DNA of 57,504 nt from a virus. Its lineage: Duplodnaviria > Caudoviricetes. Location: positions 1 through 57,504 of IMG/VR virus record IMGVR_UViG_3300048636_000153. One strand, given 5' to 3'. Of this stretch, positions 19,398 to 26,314 are shown piece by piece. Position 1 is the first letter of the stretch. Each line of letters opens with the position of its first letter. The translations under genes were made by a program, and so were the position numbers. The notes beneath the pieces are model-generated. The model was not told the origin of the DNA, searched no databases, and worked only from the letters and a program-made list of their open reading frames with translations.

Positions 19398-19649
19398 ATG
19401 GTGCTTGACCTAACACGCTTCACGACATACACGAACGAACAATTGGCGTCAGTGATAGATGCATTCGCTGATATGTTTGATGATGCATTGGAGTGCAACC
19501 TTCGACTAGAAGTATGCGCGAATGTATTAATGTACCGCGCTGCTGTGAACGAATGGAATAAGCGCACACCGGAGCAAGCGCCTGTATGGCGTGACGATAT
19601 ATACAGCTTCGATGAATGGGCATATTGGATGGAGGATGACGCATCATGA
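19398..19649 (+). CDS. Hypothetical protein
   Basis: GGAG RBS. Confidence 0.55.
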   Translation: MVLDLTRFTTYTNEQLASVIDAFADMFDDALECNLRLEVCANVLMYRAAVNEWNKRTPEQAPVWRDDIYSFDEWAYWMEDDAS

Positions 19650-19861
19650 CAGCGCAAGAATTAGCGGAGGCTGGCTACAAGTTTAGTGAGGTCGACGCTT
19701 GGCTGGGCTACTGCTATTGGCAGGTGCATATGCCTGATGGCAGTCGCTTTGCAGCAAGTGTTATTGGTCCCGATGGCTTAACTGAGTGCTTGCAAATTGC
19801 GAGCGAGCATTATAGCGAACAGCAAATGGGTAGTGAACGAAGATGGCAAGCGCCTTGGTGA
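19646..19861 (+). CDS. Small protein, paralog of 22188..22484 and 56553..56930
   Basis: T.QEL..AGYKF...W.V..PDG...A..HY. Confidence 0.6.
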   Translation: MTAQELAEAGYKFSEVDAWLGYCYWQVHMPDGSRFAASVIGPDGLTECLQIASEHYSEQQMGSERRWQAPW

Positions 19862-19937
19862 TCGATGCGAATGGTAACAAGCATGTGGTGATGCGTCGGT
19901 TCTTGCGGCTGAATAGTAAGTTGCAGGCGGTAAGCTA

Positions 19938-20384
19938 ATGGCTTTCGACTACAGCGAATACCCACCGAATTGGAAAACAGAGATAAGGCCACGCATTCTT
20001 GAGCGCGCCACAGATGAGCATGGTGTACAGCGTTGCGAGTGGTGTGGTGTGGCTAACCATGCTGTCGGTGCGCGTGACTTCAAAGGCAACTGGCACGATG
20101 AAGACAGTATTGACCACATGCAAAGCGACTATGGATGGTCGTTGTTTGGTGAGTATCCAAAGATGATACGCATTGTGCTAACCATCGCGCATATTCACGA
20201 TATGGACAAAATGAACTGTGCAGATGACAACCTTGCTGCGCTGTGCCAGCGGTGTCACCTGAACCATGATCGTGACCATCACATTGCCAACCGCAGGAAG
20301 ACGCTACGCAAAAAGCGTATCGCTGCACAAAAGCAATATGACCAAGAGGTTGGTCAGTTACGGATGTTTGACTATGGCAAGTAG
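19938..20384 (+). CDS. HNH-like Zn-binding nuclease
   Basis: YPPNW..IR..IL.RA...CEWCG...LTIAH...N....NL.ALCQRCHL.HD. Confidence 0.75.
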   Translation: MAFDYSEYPPNWKTEIRPRILERATDEHGVQRCEWCGVANHAVGARDFKGNWHDEDSIDHMQSDYGWSLFGEYPKMIRIVLTIAHIHDMDKMNCADDNLAALCQRCHLNHDRDHHIANRRKTLRKKRIAAQKQYDQEVGQLRMFDYGK

Positions 20385-20754
20385 CCTGATAGCCGTCACC
20401 CGCGCGCAAATGATCGACTGGTTGCAATGGCATGTGGAAGCCTGCGCGTTCTACGCAAGCATATACACGCGTGGCAAACGGAGCGAGGCGGACCTGTCGG
20501 ATAAGGTGCTGGAAGGCAAGCGGCAGAATGAGCACACGCAGTACATGTATTCACGCTGTCTGGCTGTGCTGCAAGGCTATATGGATGCTGACGAGTATGA
20601 CGACATATGGCTAGAGTACGTGCTAGGCCATACGGCAGCAACGCTTAAGTATGGGCATGGGCGGCACGCAGTCGGGGACGCGGTGAAGATGCGGGTGACG
20701 AAGTTGCGGAATGCGCGGATTGCTGCGTACAAGCAGGCACAGGCGGCGGCTTAG
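20374..20754 (+). CDS. Hypothetical protein
   Basis: Start reassigned to ATG 20374; the stop codon forms the start of site A. Confidence 0.55.
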   Translation: MASSLIAVTRAQMIDWLQWHVEACAFYASIYTRGKRSEADLSDKVLEGKRQNEHTQYMYSRCLAVLQGYMDADEYDDIWLEYVLGHTAATLKYGHGRHAVGDAVKMRVTKLRNARIAAYKQAQAAA

Positions 20755-20779
20755 CCTCATGAGAATGTTTATGTGGTAT
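20752..20779 (+). other. Xer/dif-like site A
   Basis: TAGCCTCATGA-GAATGT-TTATGTGGTAT. Confidence 0.6.
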
Positions 20780-20798
20780 AGGGAGTAGGACTTACGAG

Positions 20799-21329
20799 AT
20801 GGGTACGCAGAAGTGGAGAAGGGCGAACATGGAAATCTGCACGATCACAATGATCGAAGTAATGCAGCGCTTGCGTGCAAGCCGGGACGCAGGGCAGCCA
20901 TTCACTTATCTTGACGATGTGCATGGGCGTACTATCTGCTCTCTAATTATGCGTGACTGGATCGTACGCAGCATTGCGCCTAAAGGTGAAGATCGACCAC
21001 GCTACAGCCTCACTGGGCGCGGGTCGAAAGCGCTACAAGTTTATGAGATACCATCAATAGAATACAACGAGCGACGGTTCGATGGCATTTGTAGTCGTTG
21101 TTGCGAGCAACCATTAGGTCAATGGACAACTGGAAGAAAAAAACCATACTGCAATGAATGTATGCGAAAAGTCGCTAATCGTAAGTATGCTTTATTTGGT
21201 CGTCAGACAAAGTTACGCATCTGTCCTGATTGCAATAAGCGCCAAGTGCATATCACAGCGTCAGGCCACATTCGTGGCTACTGTAGAGAATGCGAGCGTG
21301 AGCGGTCAAAAGAGTGGCGTTCCAATTAG
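20799..21329 (+). CDS. Cassette 1: wHTH-like plus Cys-rich (Zn-finger) protein
   Basis: YSLTGRG..AL, then four CxxC motifs. Confidence 0.6.
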   Translation: MGTQKWRRANMEICTITMIEVMQRLRASRDAGQPFTYLDDVHGRTICSLIMRDWIVRSIAPKGEDRPRYSLTGRGSKALQVYEIPSIEYNERRFDGICSRCCEQPLGQWTTGRKKPYCNECMRKVANRKYALFGRQTKLRICPDCNKRQVHITASGHIRGYCRECERERSKEWRSN

Positions 21330-21332
21330 CTA

Positions 21333-21360
21333 TTGCCCGATAACCGTCATTCTGTTCTAT
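21333..21360 (+). other. Xer/dif-like site B
   Basis: TTGCCCGATAA-CCGTCA-TTCTGTTCTAT. Confidence 0.65.
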
Positions 21361-21371
21361 AGGGGTGAGAC

Positions 21372-21674
21372 ATGTTACTAGATGTGAATTATGTACCTGA
21401 AGATGAATATGCCGAAGGACGCTCAGTTCCGGCGCGTATTGAGATCACAATACCAAACAATGACCCGTATTCTGAGACAGGCTTGATGCAATTAGGCATC
21501 AGCATCGAACAAGCGAGGACCTTGCAGGATGCGCTGGAATCTGCGCTGGATGCTTATATGGTTGATGCCACATACTATCCAAACGACTGTGAATACTGCA
21601 AGGACAAGGGCGAGATTGTTGACACGGACACAGGCGAAAAACGTGCTTGCAACCACTGCAATCCAGGCTACTGA
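21372..21674 (+). CDS. Cassette 2, gene 1: small protein with C-terminal CxxC...CxxC
   Basis: CEYCKDKG...CNHC. Confidence 0.6.
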   Translation: MLLDVNYVPEDEYAEGRSVPARIEITIPNNDPYSETGLMQLGISIEQARTLQDALESALDAYMVDATYYPNDCEYCKDKGEIVDTDTGEKRACNHCNPGY

Positions 21675-21690
21675 GAGGGAGCGTTACGAG

Positions 21691-22128
21691 ATGGATGACA
21701 TAGAAGTAGATGATAAGTTCTCCGATATGCAGCGCTGGCTAGATGAGCATGAGGCGGAGTTGCCAATGCCGTACTGGTTGATTGGGGATCGTGGGGGAAT
21801 GGAATACCTTACGCTATGCTTCGACTGCGTGAAGAAGCTTGCGCCTGACGCGGACGACTATGGAGACGATTACGACGGTGGATTTGATTCAGAGCATGAT
21901 GGCTCAGAGCAGTGCTACGAATGCAACCGCATCCTAAGCTACACCTTGACAGATTATGGTGTAGAGAATGAGTTATACAAGCTTTGCGAGGCCGGTGTGA
22001 CAGCAGATGAATTGCAGAATGGCGTGACATGCTTCGAGCTTGCGCGCATTGCTCATGGCGTCTATACCGACGAGCAGAAGCGCCAATTTGTGAATGCCAT
22101 GAGCGCAGCCTTTGAAGCTATCGCCTGA
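21691..22128 (+). CDS. Cassette 2, gene 2: acidic Zn-binding hypothetical protein
   Basis: Start reassigned to ATG 21691 (GGGAG RBS); CFDC and CYEC. Confidence 0.6.
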   Translation: MDDIEVDDKFSDMQRWLDEHEAELPMPYWLIGDRGGMEYLTLCFDCVKKLAPDADDYGDDYDGGFDSEHDGSEQCYECNRILSYTLTDYGVENELYKLCEAGVTADELQNGVTCFELARIAHGVYTDEQKRQFVNAMSAAFEAIA

Positions 22129-22149
22129 TAAGAAGCTATCGCCTGATAA
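22114..22149 (+). repeat. 18-bp tandem duplication containing the left arm of site C
   Basis: GAAGCTATCGCCTGATAA twice. Confidence 0.9.
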
Positions 22150-22166
22150 GCCATTTTATATTCGAT
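22139..22166 (+). other. Xer/dif-like site C
   Basis: TCGCCTGATAA-GCCATT-TTATATTCGAT. Confidence 0.7.
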
Positions 22167-22187
22167 AGAAGTTGGAGGTATTACGAA

Positions 22188-22484
22188 ATGACACAGAGAG
22201 AACTAGAAGACTTAGGGTACGTGTTTGATCTTCGCGCTTTGGATTCATCGCGTTGGCTAAGGGTTACAGCGCCTGATGGTTGGACATATGAAAATGTACC
22301 ATTCAGTAACGTATACGAGGCTGCCACCAAGCACTTTGAACAGATGTCGATGAATAAGGCGATGCTTGCCGATATGAGGCTCATTGTGAAGCAGGCAGAG
22401 CTTGGCTTAGAAAAACGCATTCCGGCATCACAAGCGCTGGCGGCTGTTCGTGGTCTTGCAAAAGAGTATGCTACTGACGTTTAA
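22188..22484 (+). CDS. Cassette 3: small protein, paralog of 19646 and 56553
   Basis: TQRELEDLGYVF...WLRVTAPDGW...AATKHFEQ; GGAGG RBS. Confidence 0.65.
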   Translation: MTQRELEDLGYVFDLRALDSSRWLRVTAPDGWTYENVPFSNVYEAATKHFEQMSMNKAMLADMRLIVKQAELGLEKRIPASQALAAVRGLAKEYATDV

Positions 22485-22509
22485 TTTCGTAATTTACTGT
22501 ATAAGCTAT
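22482..22509 (+). other. Xer/dif-like site D (degenerate)
   Basis: TAATTTCGTAA-TTTACT-GTATAAGCTAT; spacer and right arm nearly match site E. Confidence 0.55.
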
Positions 22510-22599
22510 GGGGAGAAAAGCAATGGACAGCTATGAGATAATAATACCTCACACCGAGAATGACGAGACCACTTCATGTGAAGCGTTTTCGGACGTGTC

Positions 22600-22711
22600 G
22601 TTTCAGTACTCTGTTCGAGTCGATCTTCTTTGAAGCAGGCCAACCGTATATACTGGATCAGGATCATAAAGCGCGTTTCAGTACTCTGTTCGAGTCGATC
22701 TTCTTTGAAGC
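22600..22711. CRISPR. Cas-less CRISPR mini-array: two identical 37-bp repeats and one 38-bp spacer (cassette 4)
   Basis: GTTTCAGTACTCTGTTCGAGTCGATCTTCTTTGAAGC at 22600-22636 and 22675-22711; spacer 22637-22674; on the minus strand the repeat has an ACTC/GAGT hairpin followed by the 8-nt tag ACTGAAAC. Confidence 0.85.
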
Positions 22712-22755
22712 GTATCCGACGTGCTGGCTGGTCAGTATTTATCAAGCCGGACGCT

Positions 22756-22783
22756 TAACCCAATAAGTTACTTTATAAGCTAG
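22756..22783 (+). other. Xer/dif-like site E
   Basis: TAACCCAATAA-GTTACT-TTATAAGCTAG. Confidence 0.65.
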
Positions 22784-22795
22784 AGGGATTTAACC

Positions 22796-23152
22796 ATGAC
22801 AGAAGCACAAGCATTAGCGAAGTGGATATTTGAGCAGTATGGCATTGGGGCGTTGGGCAAAGCGCGTCGATTTGCATCAGAGAAACGCACAGACGTAAAT
22901 GGACCATCAATATTGTTTGTTGATGAGCAGGATGGGCCAGGGCGAAACGGGTTTATCTATGACCGAACCGGCAAGCCAGACGAGCTTAAGCAAGCTGTAA
23001 ACAACTTAGCAGCAATGCCGGCATTCAATCGTGATGTGATCGATGAGAAGTTTATGATGTTTGTTGCGACGCTGCACTCTGAGAATCCGCTCATGACGCT
23101 GGATGAAGTGTTCGAGCGCTGGCAGGCGAAGTTTGCGGACAAGAAGGCATAA
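22796..23152 (+). CDS. Cassette 5, gene 1: hypothetical protein
   Basis: GAGGG RBS immediately after site E. Confidence 0.6.
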   Translation: MTEAQALAKWIFEQYGIGALGKARRFASEKRTDVNGPSILFVDEQDGPGRNGFIYDRTGKPDELKQAVNNLAAMPAFNRDVIDEKFMMFVATLHSENPLMTLDEVFERWQAKFADKKA

Positions 23153-23158
23153 TGCGAT

Positions 23159-23728
23159 ATGGAATCAGCACGCTATTGGTATCAGGTGAAGAAAACAGAT
23201 GTGAGAGCGCGATTGCTGGCAGATCGTCACTATTCACGCCAGACGATAGGGCATCCTGAGTTTTGCGCGCCAGGGCACAACATCGTGCTGATAATTCCGC
23301 GTGGCTGTGCAGCTGCTGCGGTGTGGGTGTCACAGCGACCAGCACCGGGCAACGATCTAGATGTGCGTAAAGATGGCTTTGAATACTGGAATAATGGCAT
23401 CTTCCGCAATGAACAGTCAGGCATACCGAGCAGCGTTCTCATCAAAGAAGCGTTACAAATCACAGCGGCGCTTTGGGGTGATAAACTTCCAGCAGATGGT
23501 ATGCATTCGTTTGTTGATCCTGAAAAGGTCGCAGGGGTTAAAGTGCGTGGTCGACTGGTGCATGGTTGGGTATTTCAAAAAGCAGGCTTCACATTGCATG
23601 ACGAAATAACCAAAGAGCGTAATTTACTCAGATGGATATACAGTGCTGAGAAGCTGCGCCAGATTAAGCCACTACTGCCACGCAAAGAACAATTAGGGTT
23701 ATTCACGGGTAATGAAGCTATTGCCTAA
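23159..23728 (+). CDS. Cassette 5, gene 2: possible Mom/GNAT-like DNA-modification protein
   Basis: LADRHYSRQ...IFRNE...SS.LI..A...SFVDP.KV...GW.F.KAGF; C-terminal QLGLF; family recalled by eye. Confidence 0.45.
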   Translation: MESARYWYQVKKTDVRARLLADRHYSRQTIGHPEFCAPGHNIVLIIPRGCAAAAVWVSQRPAPGNDLDVRKDGFEYWNNGIFRNEQSGIPSSVLIKEALQITAALWGDKLPADGMHSFVDPEKVAGVKVRGRLVHGWVFQKAGFTLHDEITKERNLLRWIYSAEKLRQIKPLLPRKEQLGLFTGNEAIA

Positions 23729-23748
23729 GAACAGCCTTTATGTAGTGA
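23721..23748 (+). other. Xer/dif-like site F
   Basis: TTGCCTAAGAA-CAGCCT-TTATGTAGTGA. Confidence 0.7.
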
Positions 23749-23763
23749 GTTTAGGAGAACCTT

Positions 23764-24327
23764 ATGTCTGAACACAAAAAGACAGATTATACGTCAACAG
23801 CATCAAACACCCCCTTGAGTCAGATGGATCGCAATGTGCTTGATGAGATGCTTGATATGCTCCGCAACTATCAAGACCCGCTTGAGGAATTGGGTATTCC
23901 GAAACATGCACAAGCATTTTGTAATCCAAACACTGCCAAAATCCTTGTAGATGAAAGAGTTGGCGGGGTGGGGCGTCCTTTGTTTGTGGTTGATAATGTG
24001 CCGGATGGTGTTTTTTACACAAGGCCGATGTCGCAGACACAGATGATTAAATCGCAAATTATGGTTCGTACTGAACTTGCCGAGCGGATGCGTGCGCATA
24101 TCGATAGCAGCATGTTATGGGGGCGCTTCAGTCGATATGTGTCGCACGCTGAATACTCAATTCCTGGGTATACATCACGGCCTGTAGAACCCAAGTATCC
24201 AGAGGATTGGCGCGATGATCCAGAGAAACGCTGGAAGTACCAGAAAAGGGTTATGGGTGCCTTCGTCATGGCTCCGGTTCACCTGGTAACAGCGCTGTTT
24301 GGCGCTGTAAAACGTTCTGCCCCATAA
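23764..24327 (+). CDS. Cassette 6: hypothetical protein
   Basis: AGGAG RBS; the stop codon is the TAA of the site G arm. Confidence 0.6.
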   Translation: MSEHKKTDYTSTASNTPLSQMDRNVLDEMLDMLRNYQDPLEELGIPKHAQAFCNPNTAKILVDERVGGVGRPLFVVDNVPDGVFYTRPMSQTQMIKSQIMVRTELAERMRAHIDSSMLWGRFSRYVSHAEYSIPGYTSRPVEPKYPEDWRDDPEKRWKYQKRVMGAFVMAPVHLVTALFGAVKRSAP

Positions 24328-24344
24328 CGGATTTTATGCAGGAG
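24317..24344 (+). other. Xer/dif-like site G
   Basis: CTGCCCCATAA-CGGATT-TTATGCAGGAG. Confidence 0.7.
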
Positions 24345-24353
24345 GTCATACCG

Positions 24354-24572
24354 ATGGACGACAAATTGAGACAGGTCATGTTTTGCCGGGTATGCGGTGA
24401 GCCAAAGATGCATACCCGGCTTGATGGCTATCGCTGCCATAGACCACGCCACCACGACATTGAGCGAGATATACAGGCGCGCGCCATTGACATTGCGGTC
24501 AAAAGCCACCGCGATCTAGATGAAATACTAGACGAATTGTGGGAACAGTACCACAAAGAGCGAGGAGGGTAG
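24354..24572 (+). CDS. Cassette 7, gene 1: small Zn-finger-like protein
   Basis: FCRVCG...H...C; GGAGG RBS overlaps the site G arm. Confidence 0.55.
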   Translation: MDDKLRQVMFCRVCGEPKMHTRLDGYRCHRPRHHDIERDIQARAIDIAVKSHRDLDEILDELWEQYHKERGG

Positions 24573-24578
24573 GGCGAG

Positions 24579-24785
24579 ATGAGTATGAAATGCACACTAT
24601 GCGGTGAGACAATTGATCCTGAGCATCCGCTGACCGTGAGGGGCGTGAACCCTGAGACCAACCGCAAGGGCTGGATGCATGGCTATTGCTTTGTTCAGGC
24701 TCTTGACGAGCTGCGCTCCATGCCTAGCGACTCACCAGCATTTGTAAACCGATGGGATGAATACGAGACAAAGTATCTGAGGTAA
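24579..24785 (+). CDS. Cassette 7, gene 2: small Zn-finger-like protein
   Basis: CTLCG...HGYC. Confidence 0.55.
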   Translation: MSMKCTLCGETIDPEHPLTVRGVNPETNRKGWMHGYCFVQALDELRSMPSDSPAFVNRWDEYETKYLR

Positions 24786-24798
24786 GGAGTAGGGCGAG

Positions 24799-25032
24799 AT
24801 GGTACGGTTAGCAGTATATCAACAAACACCTGTGACAATAACCAAAGGCATGATTAATCATGCAATGTTTCATCGGGTGTGGTGGCCTGGGGATCGAGGA
24901 CGCGCTTACTGGTCAGTAGAGACTGGCTGGATTGTGCGCGCAAAAGGCTTTACAGCGCCAATGCCATACGAGCTGGTGCAAGAGAGTGTATCGCTTATGG
25001 AAATTGACCGACTGATACGCTCTACCTCGTAA
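24799..25032 (+). CDS. Cassette 7, gene 3: hypothetical protein
   Basis: AAGGAG RBS; the stop codon is the TAA of the site H arm. Confidence 0.5.
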   Translation: MVRLAVYQQTPVTITKGMINHAMFHRVWWPGDRGRAYWSVETGWIVRAKGFTAPMPYELVQESVSLMEIDRLIRSTS

Positions 25033-25049
25033 AGGTTTTTGTGCTGCTT
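25022..25049 (+). other. Xer/dif-like site H (degenerate)
   Basis: CTACCTCGTAA-AGGTTT-TTGTGCTGCTT. Confidence 0.5.
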
Positions 25050-25146
25050 GTTAGTGGCATTATTACCGACAAGTTAGAAGATAGGGTTACACAACTACGC
25101 CAGAAGTGGAACCATTGTAACCATGAAGTTTATACAACACTCTAAC

Positions 25147-25258
25147 AGAACATGTGTTTCTAATGTAGTATAATAGAGGGTGAGATAGGGTCGCTCCTGA
25201 TAAGGCGTGGAAGTCCAACACGCTTTCTCACCCTTACATAATTGGACTTAGCGTAAGG
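25147..25258 (+). promoter_or_regulatory. SOS-like box, -10 element and structured 5' leader of the nuclease gene
   Basis: AGAAC-ATGT-GTTTC (25147), TATAAT (25169), stem AGGGTGAGA/TCTCACCCT enclosing two hairpins. Confidence 0.5.
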
Positions 25259-25266
25259 ACAGCGCT

Positions 25267-25911
25267 ATGCGTAAAGCTATACCCGCGTTTAAGAAATGTT
25301 CCGGTAAAAATGGCTGTGGACAAACGCTCCCCGCAACGGCATTCAGCAAGCACCCAACAAACGGCTTGCATACGATGTGTAAGGAATGCCACAATAAATA
25401 CAACAAAGCCCGACGCAATAAGCATAAGACCAATGTACACGAATTGGCATTCGTAGATGAATGTGCAAAGCGTGGTATTGTTGCGTTTCCTGGCGTAACC
25501 ATGACACGTCGCCATGCATGGGCTGATGTGATATGTGGGGGTGTCGTTCGTGTCGAGGTCAAAAATGGTGAGCGCAATGGCGCTAGCTACAACTTCCGCT
25601 TGACATCAAAGCAAACCAAGCAAGGCTTCGATGCCGACTTGGTAGCATTTCGCGTCAAGGATGATTGGTATTTCTTCCCGCCTGACCACACTATATTTCA
25701 TCGTGACAATGGCAGGCGCAAGCAGGCTATTATGTGGAGTCCCGGCAGAATACCCGATGGTCGCACCTATGCCAATGGCAACCCTCTGACAGATGACATC
25801 ATGGCGGCTCACAAAAACCTGTGGTTCACTATAGAACAGTTGCGACTTAGCAAAGCGGCGTCCATACAAGCCGACGCGCTACAGCGTACCGCCCTCCCCG
25901 CCGCAGCCTAA
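25267..25911 (+). CDS. Zn-ribbon plus PD-(D/E)xK endonuclease (homing-endonuclease-like)
   Basis: C....C...F.K.....CKEC, then WADVICG...VEVK. Confidence 0.65.
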   Translation: MRKAIPAFKKCSGKNGCGQTLPATAFSKHPTNGLHTMCKECHNKYNKARRNKHKTNVHELAFVDECAKRGIVAFPGVTMTRRHAWADVICGGVVRVEVKNGERNGASYNFRLTSKQTKQGFDADLVAFRVKDDWYFFPPDHTIFHRDNGRRKQAIMWSPGRIPDGRTYANGNPLTDDIMAAHKNLWFTIEQLRLSKAASIQADALQRTALPAAA

Positions 25912-25984
25912 CCCGATATGCAGGGTAGCCTATGCTGCCCTGCACTATGCAGTAAGGTGATATAAGCGAAGTGAAGGTGACGAG

Positions 25985-26314
25985 ATGAATATCAAAGATA
26001 TATACGGGTTTCTTGAAGTATCTAACGCGCCCGGCGAAATGGTTCAGTGGCTTAAAGAGTATGTCGCTAAGAATGACCGGCTTGAAGAGATGTACAGCGG
26101 CTTGCGTAAGCGGTTTTCTCAGCATGACCCCTGGGATGTGAGCGAACAAGAAAAGAGCGCCTTGTTTTATTTCGATGGTTCAACTCATCCAGATTACAAG
26201 CCAGACGACGATGTTGTTCTTTCGCTTATTAGGCGCGGCTTGGTTCTTCCTCAGGTAGATGGTGCAAAATTGTCAGAGCGCGGCAAAGACTTTATAAAGA
26301 TGCTGATCTCGTAA
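25985..26314 (+). CDS. Hypothetical moron flanked by 12-bp direct repeats
   Basis: GCAGCCTAACCC at 25903 and 26315; cUUCGg hairpin at 26331-26348. Confidence 0.6.
   Translation: MNIKDIYGFLEVSNAPGEMVQWLKEYVAKNDRLEEMYSGLRKRFSQHDPWDVSEQEKSALFYFDGSTHPDYKPDDDVVLSLIRRGLVLPQVDGAKLSERGKDFIKMLIS

Noticed and set aside
22637-22674. Spacer reverse complement translates to ALYDPDPVYTVG, faintly like capsid or terminase segments
   Set aside because: Too short and weak to assign a target without a database search.
22506-22766. ORFs 22506..22745 (-) and 22560..22766 (+)
   Set aside because: They are translations of the CRISPR repeats (repeated peptides) with no convincing RBS.
20752-25049. Classical integron attC array
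   Set aside because: There is no RYYYAAC...GTTRRRY core, no long imperfect hairpins and no IntI gene. The sites are 28-bp 11-6-11 elements.
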